A stretch of DNA of 64,000 nt from an uncultured Pseudomonadales bacterium (GCA_964588685.1 CAZPQG010000005.1:5916-69915); one strand, 5' to 3'; counted from the first letter of the stretch, positions 8,503-18,680 are shown. The notes: generated by a model not told the origin, from the sequence alone. Numbers and translations: made by a program.

Positions 8503-10347
8503 ATGAAAATTAAATTATTGCTGGCTCCTATTTTAGCTCTTTTTTTCTTGTTAACGGTGCGGCTGCTTCATTTACAGGTTTTACAGGGAGCGGATTATCG
8601 TGATTTGGCTGATCGCAATCGTTTTTTCAGGCAAGTTGTGCCGGCGGAACGCGGTATTATTTACGATCGTTATCAACAGCCGCTGGTTAAAAATAAAAAG
8701 CTTTATTTTAGAGATATAGGTGAGGGTTTATATTCACCGCAAGAGGCAATTACGGCTGATCAAGCGCTGCAGCTGATGACACAGCAGCCGGAAAAGGTTA
8801 GTTATGAATTGCGGCGGCATTATCTTTATCCCACGCAATTAGCACATGTCTTGGGTTATACTGCTCCGGCCACGGCGCAGGATTTAATTGGTAATAAGCA
8901 GCTGCGCACCAATGACTGGCTGGGTCGAATGGGTTTGGAACAGCAGTTCGACCACTTATTGCGTGGTCAAGATGGGCATCAGGTTTATGAGGTTAATACT
9001 TTAGGTGAAAAACAGCGCTTGTTGTCAGAAAAGAAGCCGACAGCGGGACATGATCTTTATACTAATTTTGATCCTTACTTAGCCAAGATAGCTTATGAGT
9101 CTTTAGGGCAGATGAAAGGAGCAGCAGTGGTTTTGGATGCAGAGACGGGCGGGGTGTTGGCTATGGTTAGCAAACCCTCGTTTAACCCCAATGATTTAAG
9201 CTCAATATTATTGGATGCAAGTCATGAGCAGCAGCGTCAATTAAATTTAAAAAATTATTTACAAAATGAAGATAAAGTATTTTTTAATCGAGCGGTAAAT
9301 GGTACCTATGCTCCTGGGTCAATTTTTAAGTTGGTGACAGCTTTGGCCGGTTTGGAAAATGAGGCTTTTGATGAACATCAAACAGTGTTGGACGAAGGCG
9401 TTTTAAAAGTAGGGGATTATAGTTATGCCAACTGGTTGTACACTCAGCGTGGAGCTACAGACGGTGAGATTGCTTTAGTGCGAGCTATTGCGCGCAGCAA
9501 TGATATTTATTTCTATAAGGCAGCAGAATGGACCGGGCCTACTACTATTGCCCAACAGGCCAGAGAGTTTGGCTTTGGGCAGATTGCGAATATTGAATTG
9601 CCGAGCGAAGCAGCAGGAATAGTGCCTGATCCGGTGTGGAAAGAAGAAACCACGGGAGAACGCTGGTTTTTAGGCAACACTTATCACTTTGGAATTGGTC
9701 AAGGTGATATGTTAGTGTCGCCGCTGCAAGCTGCGCAGATGGTGCAGGCTTTATTTAAAGAAGGAGAAAGGTGCCAGCCCAGGTTAATAGATAATGCTCA
9801 AACAGGGATTAGTGAACAACAGCTAACAGACAACTGTAAAGGCATGGCTTTAGATCAAAAAAATTTAGAACTGGTATTAAAAGGCATGATTGCTGCCTGT
9901 CAGCCGGGCGGCACAGCTTCTTTGTTGTTTGATTTAAATCAAGGTGTTGTGGAAGCCAATCAGGCAGAAAGCGCTTATGATTTATTGCAGCAGGGAGCAG
10001 TGGCTTGCAAAACCGGTACTTCAGAATTTGGCGGTTTAGATGAACAGGACCGCTACAAAACCCACGGCTGGTTTGTGGCAGCGACCACCATAGAAGTGGA
10101 GGAAATGGTTAAAGCATTGGAGCAAAGAGCAGAGGCAGCAACATCCAGAGAAGACGAAATGACAATCAGCGGCCAGTTAACAGCTGATGAATTAGAACAA
10201 TGGGCAGCACAAATTAAAGAACAGGGCTTTCCTAGCAAGGTGGTATTAACAGCCTTGGTGGAGAGCGATGAAGCCATTCCTTATAAGGAAGGATCACACC
10301 ACGCAGCTCCGATTGTGAAAGAATTGTTGGAATGGATGGGGAAGTAG
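8503..10347 (+). CDS. mrdA: Penicillin-binding protein 2 (elongasome transpeptidase).
   Basis: N-terminal TM segment. SxxK motif (GSIFK), SxN (RSND) and KTG (ACKTGTSE). The gene is adjacent to mreBCD. Confidence 0.85.
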   Translation: MKIKLLLAPILALFFLLTVRLLHLQVLQGADYRDLADRNRFFRQVVPAERGIIYDRYQQPLVKNKKLYFRDIGEGLYSPQEAITADQALQLMTQQPEKVSYELRRHYLYPTQLAHVLGYTAPATAQDLIGNKQLRTNDWLGRMGLEQQFDHLLRGQDGHQVYEVNTLGEKQRLLSEKKPTAGHDLYTNFDPYLAKIAYESLGQMKGAAVVLDAETGGVLAMVSKPSFNPNDLSSILLDASHEQQRQLNLKNYLQNEDKVFFNRAVNGTYAPGSIFKLVTALAGLENEAFDEHQTVLDEGVLKVGDYSYANWLYTQRGATDGEIALVRAIARSNDIYFYKAAEWTGPTTIAQQAREFGFGQIANIELPSEAAGIVPDPVWKEETTGERWFLGNTYHFGIGQGDMLVSPLQAAQMVQALFKEGERCQPRLIDNAQTGISEQQLTDNCKGMALDQKNLELVLKGMIAACQPGGTASLLFDLNQGVVEANQAESAYDLLQQGAVACKTGTSEFGGLDEQDRYKTHGWFVAATTIEVEEMVKALEQRAEAATSREDEMTISGQLTADELEQWAAQIKEQGFPSKVVLTALVESDEAIPYKEGSHHAAPIVKELLEWMGK

Positions 10348-10461
10348 GGAAAATTACAATAAATTTGTCGATTTGATGTATTAGTTTTTTATCATTCTTT
10401 TTCAGTTTCATGTAAGCTTTTTGAGCCAAAGTACTTAATCAATAAGTACTTTCTTTATCAT

Positions 10462-11766
10462 ATGGCAGCGGCTGTTCAAAGTTTTCACACTCTTCCCAAC
10501 AAGCTTTCCGGCGCTAATGCTAATGCTGACACCGTCGCTGCTTCTGCTTCAGCAGCTCTTACGCGTAAACAACACCATACAGCCTTGATTTCTGTGAACG
10601 GAATTGGTCCGAAAACTTTTTTTAATATTTTACAACACCTGAAAATTAACCAAATCTCTTGGCAGGAGTTTTGGGTCAATCAGGATCAAATTTGGGCTAA
10701 AATGCGTTTATCAAAAAAGATTGCTTCATCAATTAAAAAGTTTAAAAAAGAGCATACAATTAGTTCTTTTTGGCAGCTATTGCAGCGCAAAAATATTTCG
10801 GTCATTACTTTTCAGGATCAGTCCTATCCTTGGTTGCTGAAACAAACTGATGCCTATCCACCGGTGCTATTTGTGAAGGGTGATATTAAACTCTGCGCCA
10901 AACTGCCCATTGCCGTCATTGGCACCAGGCGCATGACTGCTTACGGTAAAATGGTGACCACTAAAATCAGCCAAGAATTAACAGCGCACGGTGCGGCAGT
11001 GGTGTCAGGCTTTATGTATGGGGTAGATGTTCAAGCCCAGCAAATAGCTCTTCAGGCCGGCGGCGCCACAGTCGGGGTGTTAGGTTTTGGCTTTGATCAT
11101 ATTTACCCGCGTCGGCATAAAAGTATTATGAAACAGATGTTGCAAAGCAAGCAAGCAGTTTTTATCAGCGAATATCCGCCTGATGTTAAACCGGACCGCG
11201 GTACTTTCCCCAGGAGGAATCGTTTGATTGCGGGCTTATCTCTGGCAGTAGTAGTAACCGAAGCCGGACCCAAAAGCGGGACTCAGATTACAGTCGGCTA
11301 TGCTTTAGATTACGGCCGTGATGTGTTTGCTGTTTCAGGTCCGGTTACTTCTCCTTACCATTTAGGAGTAAAGAAGATGCTAAACCAAGGAGCGCTATTG
11401 ATCGGCAGCGGGCAGGAGGTAATGGCTAACTTATCAGCCCGCCATTGGGGTGTAGCCAAACAAACTACCAAGTTGGTGCAGTCACAAACAAATCAAGCTC
11501 GCCAAATTCAAACTCACCAAGCTCAACCAACAGAGCCAATCCAAACAACTCAACCACAAAAACTAGCTTTAACCGGTCTGCAGTTTAATCCGGTGCAAAA
11601 AAAGATTATGACAGCCCTGCGCACCACCACTCTTTCTACCCGGCAGTTAAGCCAGCAGCTTGAACTGGATGCAGTTGAGGTCAGCACAGCCCTAATTGCT
11701 TTAGAATTAAGAGGTTTGGTGAAATGTTGTGCTCATCAATGGATCATAGTGCCATTGTCAAATTGA
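10462..11766 (+). CDS. dprA: DNA processing protein DprA (Smf).
   Basis: IAVIGTRRMTAYGKMVT..VVSGFMYGVD..GGATVGVLGFGFDHIYP matches the DprA Rossmann core. An N-terminal SAM/HhH-like extension (VNGIGPKT) and a C-terminal winged-helix tail are present. Confidence 0.8.
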   Translation: MAAAVQSFHTLPNKLSGANANADTVAASASAALTRKQHHTALISVNGIGPKTFFNILQHLKINQISWQEFWVNQDQIWAKMRLSKKIASSIKKFKKEHTISSFWQLLQRKNISVITFQDQSYPWLLKQTDAYPPVLFVKGDIKLCAKLPIAVIGTRRMTAYGKMVTTKISQELTAHGAAVVSGFMYGVDVQAQQIALQAGGATVGVLGFGFDHIYPRRHKSIMKQMLQSKQAVFISEYPPDVKPDRGTFPRRNRLIAGLSLAVVVTEAGPKSGTQITVGYALDYGRDVFAVSGPVTSPYHLGVKKMLNQGALLIGSGQEVMANLSARHWGVAKQTTKLVQSQTNQARQIQTHQAQPTEPIQTTQPQKLALTGLQFNPVQKKIMTALRTTTLSTRQLSQQLELDAVEVSTALIALELRGLVKCCAHQWIIVPLSN

Positions 11767-11809
11767 GTTATGTTAGTATAAACTACATTGGAAAAGTTAA
11801 GCTGCCGGA

Positions 11810-11890
11810 CAGTGAGTAAAAACACAGTGAGTAAAAATCATTGGGCTGCTGAGTAAAAATGCCTGCCCGGTGCAAAAATTGCTGCCCGGC
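11810..11890. repeat. Direct repeat cluster upstream of topA. CAGTGAGTAAAAA occurs twice, with a third copy CTGAGTAAAAA. AAAAATGCCTGCCCGG and AAAAATTGCTGCCCGG each occur once.
   Basis: Seen directly in the sequence. The repeats lie 70-150 bp upstream of the topA start, so they could be operator or UP-like elements. Confidence 0.4.
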
Positions 11891-11957
11891 TAAGCAGCAC
11901 TCAAGAGATCAACAATAATAAACAAACCGGCAATAATAATTGTTAAAATAATGTTTT

Positions 11958-14093
11958 ATGAATTTAGTAATAGTAGAGTCACCAACCAAAGCCCGTAAAT
12001 TAACTGATTATTTGGGCAATAAATTTAAAATTGAGGCCTCAGTCGGCCATATCCGTGATTTGCCTAAAAGCAAATTAGGAGTTGATCTGGAAAATGATTT
12101 TGAACCGACTTACACTATTCCCCACGGTAAGGGTAAGGTGGTGAAAAAACTGCAAAAAAGCGCCAAAGAAGCTGATGCCATTTATTTAGCCATGGACCCG
12201 GACCGTGAAGGTGAGGCCATTGCCTGGCATGTAAAACATTTACTGCAGGAAGCCGGCCTAACAGATAAAGAATTGTTCAAGCGCAGTGTTTTTTTTGAGA
12301 TCACCAAGCAGGCTGTCTTAGAAGCCATTGATGAACCGGGAGAAATTAATCGAGATTTAGTTGACGCCCAACAAGCCCGTCGAGTGCTGGACCGGCTGGT
12401 CGGTTACAAACTGTCACCAGTGTTGTGGCGTAAGGTGCGGCGCGGCTTGTCTGCCGGCCGGGTGCAATCAGTAGCTTTACGCTTGATTGTTGAGCGCGAA
12501 CGCGAACGAGAAGCCTTTGAACCGGATGAATACTGGGAGATTGATGTGGCCCTGGACACCGCTGACAGCCAAGTACCGGACAAAATTTTTGTTGACGGTA
12601 AAGCTGTTGAAGACTTGCCGCTTGAAGTTTTAATGGCTGATTTAAAAAGAATTAATGATGATACCCAGGATATAAGCAGCGAAAAAGAAGCTGAGCCGGT
12701 TATTACCGATTTGAAACAAGCTGACTATAAAGTCGATGAAGTAGAGCGCAAAGAACGGCGTAAAAATAGTTATCCCCCTTTTACTACCTCCACCTTGCAG
12801 CAAACCGCAGCCTACACTTTAGGCTTTTCTGCCAAGCAAACTATGATTTTAGCCCAGCAGTTATATGAGGAAGGGTTGATTACCTATCATCGTACGGATG
12901 CTGTTAATTTAAGCTCCGGCGCTGTTAAGATGGCGCGTAATTTTATTAACGAAGAGTACGGAGATAAATATTTACCTAAAAAGCCGCGTGTTTTTAAAAG
13001 TAAATCAAAAACTGCTCAGGAAGCGCACGAAGCCATTCGCATCACTGATATTGGTATTACTAACAAGCAAGTCCCTGACCAGGGGGAAAAATTATCAGGC
13101 CGCCATGCCCGCTTGTATGATTTAATTTGGCGCCGTTTTGTGGCCAGCCAGATGACCCCGGCAGTTTATGACCAAACCAGTATTGTTATTGAGGCTGTTA
13201 ACCCGGAGCACAAAGATACTGTTTACCAACTGCGAGCAGCCGGCTCAATTATGAAATTTCCCGGCTGGCGCAGATTATTTCCGGCCGGCCAAGATACACA
13301 ATTACCTGAGGTGGAAGCGGGCCAGGCTTTAAATTATTTAGCAATTAACCCGCAGCAGAAATTTACTCAGCCGCCGGCACGCTATAATGATGCTTCTTTA
13401 GTGAAGGAACTGGAAAAACGAGGCATTGGCCGGCCCAGCACTTATGCCAATATCATCTCAGTCATTCAAGCTCGAGCCTATGTGGAGCGGGAAAATAAAT
13501 CATTTTTTCCGACTGCTATTGGCTACACTGTCAACGATTTTTTATTGGAGCACTTTCCCGGAGTAATGGATTATGATTTTACAGCTGAGATGGAAGAAGA
13601 TTTAGACCGCATTGCGCGGGGTGAAAAAGAATGGCGAAAAGTGGTGGCTGCTTTTTGGGAACCGATGGCTGACAAAGTTGAAGATGTTATTGAAAATGCT
13701 GAACGCACCCAGATTCCGGTTGAGAAAACAGGTGAAAAATGTCCGTTGTGCGGTGAAGAAGAAGGCGGAGAAATAGTACTGCGCACCGGTAAATACGGCA
13801 AATTTAAAAGTTGCAGTCGTTATCCGGACTGTGAATATACAGACGACTATACTGAAACTTTAGATGATCGACCCTGCCCCTTATGCAGTGAGGGCACTAT
13901 TGTCATTAAAAATACCCGTTGGGGCAAGAAGTTTTACGGCTGCAGTCGTTATCCGGATTGTGATTGGGCCAGTTGGAAAAAACCTGAGCCCGGTTTAAAA
14001 GTCAGTGAGGAAGAATGGGCTGAGATTCAGAAGAAAAAAGAAGCTCGCAAAGCAGCTCGCAAGAAAGCTAAAGCCAAGAAGAAAGGCAAGTAG
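11958..14093 (+). CDS. topA: DNA topoisomerase I.
   Basis: MNLVIVESPTKARKL (Toprim). YQLRAAGS..., and C-terminal CxxC...CxxC zinc ribbons (CPLCG..C; CPLCSEG..C). Confidence 0.9.
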   Translation: MNLVIVESPTKARKLTDYLGNKFKIEASVGHIRDLPKSKLGVDLENDFEPTYTIPHGKGKVVKKLQKSAKEADAIYLAMDPDREGEAIAWHVKHLLQEAGLTDKELFKRSVFFEITKQAVLEAIDEPGEINRDLVDAQQARRVLDRLVGYKLSPVLWRKVRRGLSAGRVQSVALRLIVEREREREAFEPDEYWEIDVALDTADSQVPDKIFVDGKAVEDLPLEVLMADLKRINDDTQDISSEKEAEPVITDLKQADYKVDEVERKERRKNSYPPFTTSTLQQTAAYTLGFSAKQTMILAQQLYEEGLITYHRTDAVNLSSGAVKMARNFINEEYGDKYLPKKPRVFKSKSKTAQEAHEAIRITDIGITNKQVPDQGEKLSGRHARLYDLIWRRFVASQMTPAVYDQTSIVIEAVNPEHKDTVYQLRAAGSIMKFPGWRRLFPAGQDTQLPEVEAGQALNYLAINPQQKFTQPPARYNDASLVKELEKRGIGRPSTYANIISVIQARAYVERENKSFFPTAIGYTVNDFLLEHFPGVMDYDFTAEMEEDLDRIARGEKEWRKVVAAFWEPMADKVEDVIENAERTQIPVEKTGEKCPLCGEEEGGEIVLRTGKYGKFKSCSRYPDCEYTDDYTETLDDRPCPLCSEGTIVIKNTRWGKKFYGCSRYPDCDWASWKKPEPGLKVSEEEWAEIQKKKEARKAARKKAKAKKKGK

Positions 14094-14261
14094 AACCAAT
14101 AGCTGTTAAGAGTATTTAAAAAAGCAGCCCACAGCTTTTAAATTTATTACACTTAGTTTCAACAGCAGTCCATCAATCAACAATCCATAGTAATAAGCAT
14201 AATTGATGTTTTAGACAATGTTTTTTATGACAAACAATAATAATTATTTTTAATTCTAAGT

Positions 14262-14873
14262 ATGAAGATTGCGGTTTTTGGCGGAGCTTTTGACCCTCCG
14301 CATTTAGGTCATCTTCAAATTATCAAAACTTTGTTTCAACAAGAAGTTGCAGACGAAGTGTGGCTGGTGCCGACAGGTATTCACGACTTTGACAAACAGA
14401 TGCAGCCTGCTCGACATCGCATTACTATGCTGAAACTGTTAATTGAGGCTGCGCCTGACCGGGTGCAAGATAAAATTAAGATTAATCGCTGTGAGCTGGA
14501 ACGCGGCGGAGTCAGTCAAACTTATGATACTTTAGCCGAGCTAGCCGGCCGGCATCCACAACATCAGCTTTCTTGGGTCATGGGTTCTGATAATTTAGCT
14601 AAATTCCATGTGTGGGAAAATTATCAACGCTTGTTGACTGAATTTTTAGTTTATATTTATCCCCGTCTAGGTTTTGCTCTGCAGCCAATGTACACCGGCA
14701 TGATTCCTTTAACAGGCGTGGAGCGCATCAAGGTTTCTTCAACTAAGATAAAAGAACTATTGCAGTCGGCAGAAGTGGAGAATCCGGCTGCCAAACAAGT
14801 CAGGAACCAATTAAATGAATTATTACCGGCAGAAATTTTAAAACATATTAAAGATGAATCGCTTTATCAATAA
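14262..14873 (+). CDS. nadD: Nicotinate-nucleotide adenylyltransferase.
   Basis: IAVFGGAFDPPHLGHL is the HxGH nucleotidyltransferase motif typical of NadD. The protein is about 200 aa. Confidence 0.75.
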   Translation: MKIAVFGGAFDPPHLGHLQIIKTLFQQEVADEVWLVPTGIHDFDKQMQPARHRITMLKLLIEAAPDRVQDKIKINRCELERGGVSQTYDTLAELAGRHPQHQLSWVMGSDNLAKFHVWENYQRLLTEFLVYIYPRLGFALQPMYTGMIPLTGVERIKVSSTKIKELLQSAEVENPAAKQVRNQLNELLPAEILKHIKDESLYQ

Positions 14874-14941
14874 ACTTTAGTTAAAATTAGTATTGATTTT
14901 AATTTTTCAATCTATAATAAAATCAAATTGCGGAAAGGAAG

Positions 14942-15247
14942 TTGATGGCGCAGGCAAAATACAAACAATATTATCAAAAAATGATGGCAGAGAATGAGGC
15001 CTTGTTTGCCCGTTTTCGCCAAGTACATGAGCAGTATCGACAGAATAAAGCTAAACATCAACCTGAGTTTGATAAGATTGGCCAAAAGGTGACGACCTTA
15101 ATTCGTGATTGGGATAAAAGACTCTGTTCAGCCATGGGCAAAACCCGCTATGCTCATTATTCGCATGCGGTGTCAGAAAAGTTTTGGAATTTAGTTAGGG
15201 AAGAATTTGATCAAATTGATATGGTTGGTGTTAAAATTGAACAGTAA
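14942..15247 (+). CDS. Hypothetical protein, 101 aa.
   Basis: ORF only; I recognised no motif. Confidence 0.3.
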   Translation: MMAQAKYKQYYQKMMAENEALFARFRQVHEQYRQNKAKHQPEFDKIGQKVTTLIRDWDKRLCSAMGKTRYAHYSHAVSEKFWNLVREEFDQIDMVGVKIEQ

Positions 15248-15460
15248 AAATATAGATATTGAAATAATATAGATGTTTATTCTGATAATTTTGAGGTAAA
15301 TTTAAGAAGACTTATTTTGCATCTGCAATAGTTAACTATTATTAATTACTAATCACTACTATGGCACAACACAAAAAGCAACCACAAAGCACAGCTGACG
15401 GCTATTATTCTGAAGACGAATTAAGTTTTGACAGCGATGAGCTGGATCTAAGCTTTTTAG

Positions 15461-16846
15461 ATGACGAGGACGAAGAGTAGAGCTCGAAATTTTAGCGGTG
15501 CTGCATTTACTAATTTCCAGGCCTGCTTTAATTTTATGAAACTTGCTTTGGTTGTTCCTCATATTTTTATGAACCAGGAGCTGCTGCCTCGGGTTATTTT
15601 TTCGCCCGGACAGTTGGCTTTAACTTTAAGTCATGGTTTGGCTGAGCTGGGTCATGAAGTTACGCTTTTCACTCCCGGTTCAGTGGCTGATTTGCTTGAA
15701 AGCAATCATGTCCATAATGTAACTGCTGATTTAGCTTTTTTTGCAGCAGAGCTGGAGCAGCGGCAAGATGATTATCTGGCATTATTGAAAAAGCACCCCT
15801 TAACTTTTATTACTTTGTCGCGCCAAGTGCAGTCGGAATTAACAGCCCAAGCTTATCAGTTGGCTAACGAGGGTCGATTTGATCTGGTCCATGTGTGGTG
15901 TAATGAAGAAGAGCATGCTGTGATTAACGCCCGCTTTTGTCAAAAGCCGGTTGTTTTTAATCACCATGAGCCGTTTAACTTTTTAGTGCGCTATCGTTCT
16001 ATTTTTCCCAAATACGCTGCTTTAAATTGGATTTCTATCTCTTTTGCCCAGCGGCAAACTTTTGCGCAGCAGCAGGCTTTTACCGAACAAGCAAGAGAGG
16101 AGCGGCAGGCGGGCAGTTTGCAGCAGCGAAGCCAACAATTACCGGCAGTAAATTGGGTAGGCAATGTCTATCACGGCCTGAATCTTCAACAGTTTCAGTT
16201 TAATTCTCAACCTAAAGACTATTTATTGTATATGGGTCGAGTTATCCGGCCCAAGGGTGTACATTATGCTATTGTCTGCGCCAAACAGCTGCAAATGAAA
16301 TTGAAGATTGCCGGCAAACATTATGCCGGCCACAGTAAGGACCAGTATTGGCAGGAGTTTGTTGAACCGGAGTTGGACCATGATCTAATTGAGTATGTCG
16401 GCTATATTAAAGAGCAGTGTGTAAAGCAAAAATTATTGGGCCAGGCTCAGGTTTTACTGATGCCTTCAATTTGGCAGGAGCCGTTTGGCTTGGTGATGTT
16501 GGAAGCCATGGCTTGCGGCACACCGATCGCTGGTTTTGAAGAAGGCGCTGTGGCTGAAGTGGTGAAGCCTAAAAAAAGCGGCGCTTTAGCAGCCTATCAG
16601 GCGGAAGAAAAAGTATTTAAAAACGGTAAAGCAGTCAATAAAAGTTGGCAGCAGCTGCAGCAAGATTCTCAATTTCAAGAAAATGTAAAAGCATTGGCTC
16701 AGGCCGCAGCACAAGCCAAGCAAGTTGATCGAGCCGGCTGCAGAGCTTATTTTGCCGCCAATTTTTCCAGCCAACAGATGTGTCAAGGCTATGAGCAGAT
16801 TTATAAAAAGTTAATTGACAAGCAAAACAATAAAAATAGAAGTTAG
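15461..16846 (+). CDS. Glycosyltransferase, GT4/group-1 family. The true start is probably the ATG at 15536 (MKLALVVPHIF...).
   Basis: The C-terminal EPFGLVMLEAMACGTPIAG is a GT4-type EX7E motif region. The N-terminal LALVVPHIF resembles a GT-B Rossmann start. Confidence 0.65.
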   Translation: MTRTKSRARNFSGAAFTNFQACFNFMKLALVVPHIFMNQELLPRVIFSPGQLALTLSHGLAELGHEVTLFTPGSVADLLESNHVHNVTADLAFFAAELEQRQDDYLALLKKHPLTFITLSRQVQSELTAQAYQLANEGRFDLVHVWCNEEEHAVINARFCQKPVVFNHHEPFNFLVRYRSIFPKYAALNWISISFAQRQTFAQQQAFTEQAREERQAGSLQQRSQQLPAVNWVGNVYHGLNLQQFQFNSQPKDYLLYMGRVIRPKGVHYAIVCAKQLQMKLKIAGKHYAGHSKDQYWQEFVEPELDHDLIEYVGYIKEQCVKQKLLGQAQVLLMPSIWQEPFGLVMLEAMACGTPIAGFEEGAVAEVVKPKKSGALAAYQAEEKVFKNGKAVNKSWQQLQQDSQFQENVKALAQAAAQAKQVDRAGCRAYFAANFSSQQMCQGYEQIYKKLIDKQNNKNRS

Positions 16847-16944
16847 ATAACTGAAAAACGTAGAAAATTGAGTTTTAGAGAGCTGGAAAATACAGAGAAT
16901 TGGGGAAAATAGAGAGCTGTAAAAGCGTTAATACGGCAGAAACA

Positions 16945-17769
16945 TCAAATCACCACCAAGTCTGCTTTAATATGCGGGTGAGATTCATAATTTACCAGCT
17001 TAAAATCATTAATCGTAAAGTCGTCAATATCTTTCACTTCAGGATTAACCCACAATAGGGGCCTTTTTTTTGGCTTTCTGTGAATTTGCTCCTCGGCTTG
17101 CCGTAAATGATTTTTATATAGATGCAAGTCGCCGATCGTATGCACAAACTCGCGCGCTTCCAAGCCTGTTACTTGAGCCACCATCAACAGTAATAGTGAA
17201 TATTGACTTATATTAAAGGGTAGACCTAAAAAAGCGTCAGCGCTGCGTTGATACAACTGCAAGCGTAATTTACCCTTAGTGACGTTGAATTGAAAAAAAG
17301 TGTGACACGGAGGCAGCCTCATTTCGTCAAGTTGAGCCGGATTCCAAGCTGAAACCAGCATAGCTTTGGAATAAGGCTGGGTTTTTATTTCTTGGATAAC
17401 ATTTTTAAGCTGATCAATATGGCCGCCCTCATAATCAGGCCATTTTCGCCATTGATAGCCGTAAACCGGTCCCAGCTCACCATCTTCTTCAGCAAAATCA
17501 TCCCAATAGTGAATTTTTTTCTCTTGCAGCGGTTTTATATTAGTGCTGCCTGATACAAACCATAATAGTTCATTGGTCATGGTCTTAAAAGGCATTTTTT
17601 TTGTGGTTAGAATGGGAAAACCACGCCGGAAGTCAAAACGCATTTGATAGCCAAAAGTGCTTTTGATGTCGTGTACACCGCGAGTTTTTTTACTTTTGCC
17701 GTTTTCCAAAATGTGTTTGAGGGCTTGTAGGTATTGCTGCATGGTGTTTAGTATAGCATTGTCAAACAA
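16945..17769 (-). CDS. thyA: Thymidylate synthase ThyA. The start is probably the internal Met, MQQYLQAL..., near 17742.
   Basis: RMLPPCHTFFQF active-site Cys. SAWNPAQLDEM and DLHLYKNH conserved blocks. Confidence 0.9.
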   Translation of the reverse strand: MFDNAILNTMQQYLQALKHILENGKSKKTRGVHDIKSTFGYQMRFDFRRGFPILTTKKMPFKTMTNELLWFVSGSTNIKPLQEKKIHYWDDFAEEDGELGPVYGYQWRKWPDYEGGHIDQLKNVIQEIKTQPYSKAMLVSAWNPAQLDEMRLPPCHTFFQFNVTKGKLRLQLYQRSADAFLGLPFNISQYSLLLLMVAQVTGLEAREFVHTIGDLHLYKNHLRQAEEQIHRKPKKRPLLWVNPEVKDIDDFTINDFKLVNYESHPHIKADLVVI

Positions 17770-17888
17770 AGAATAAAACTGAGTTTAGAACTAAATAATT
17801 GTTTAAAAAAGAATGTTGATAAGCGATTTTTTTGCCGCTTGACCGTTATAGATTATGGGTATATATTCATAATTAGTATTAACTAATT

Positions 17889-18218
17889 ATGACAAAGGAG
17901 GCAAATATGCCAGCATTAGATCAAACAGGACCAAGAGGTCAGGGGCCAATGACCGGTCGCGGCTTAGGTGCTTGCAATGATGGCCCGGGTTTAGGTATGG
18001 GGCGAGGAAGAGGCTATGGACAGGGTTTCGGACGAGGTTTAGCTAGAGGTTGGGGTAGAGGTTACCCTTGTTATTTGATAGGGCGTCATTTTTTTGCGCC
18101 GGAAAATCAAATAGCTATGCTAGAGCAGCAAAAAGCTATGATGGTAGAAGAAAAAGAGATGCTTGAGCGGGAGATTACAGCTGTAGACGAAGAAATTGAA
18201 GCTTTGCAAGAAGAATAA
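17889..18218 (+). CDS. DUF5320-like small protein: a Gly/Arg-rich N-terminus followed by a coiled-coil.
   Basis: MPALDQTGPRGQGPMTGRGLGAC... then GRGRGYGQGFGRG, and a C-terminal heptad-repeat segment. The DUF5320 assignment comes from remembered family features. Confidence 0.5.
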   Translation: MTKEANMPALDQTGPRGQGPMTGRGLGACNDGPGLGMGRGRGYGQGFGRGLARGWGRGYPCYLIGRHFFAPENQIAMLEQQKAMMVEEKEMLEREITAVDEEIEALQEE

Positions 18219-18261
18219 TATTTTATGTGCTGTAGTCAGTTCAATTTTTAGCTGATTGTGT

Positions 18262-18310
18262 AAAAACAGCCTGTGTTTATGCTAGAATAATTTTAAACCA
18301 GGCTGTTTTT
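18262..18310 (+). terminator. Candidate long-loop hairpin/terminator after the DUF5320 gene.
   Basis: AAAAACAGCCTG...(25 nt)...CAGGCTGTTTTT has 12-bp perfect arms and ends in a T-run. Confidence 0.35.
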
Positions 18311-18398
18311 GTGATTAGGTTACTTTTGGAAGCGTTAATCACAAAGGGCTGCCGATGAATTATACTGCTGTTAGTTTTTTAAATTTAATAATCACACT

Positions 18399-18680
18399 AT
18401 GCCGAGACCTAAACTTTGTAAAAGAATTAGATTTGATCCTGAAGTATGCTATTTTAAACCTAAAGGGGTTCCTTTACGCGAATTGCAAGTGGTAGAGTTA
18501 TCTTTAGAAGAAGTTGAAGCTCTACGCTTAAAAAACATTAAAAATTTGTCACAAATAGAATGTGCTCAAAAAATGAACACTTCTCAGAGCACTGTGCAAA
18601 GAATTTTAAGCTCTGCTTATCAAAAAGTTTCACAAGCTTTAATTGAGGGCCAAGCCATTCGCATCAGTCAATCAGAGTAA
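18399..18680 (+). CDS. DUF134/UPF0251 family putative DNA-binding protein.
   Basis: MPRPKLCKRIRFDPEVCYFKPKGVPLRELQVVELSLEEVEALRL, plus a sigma-70 region-4-like HTH (QKMNTSQSTVQRIL). Confidence 0.6.
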   Translation: MPRPKLCKRIRFDPEVCYFKPKGVPLRELQVVELSLEEVEALRLKNIKNLSQIECAQKMNTSQSTVQRILSSAYQKVSQALIEGQAIRISQSE

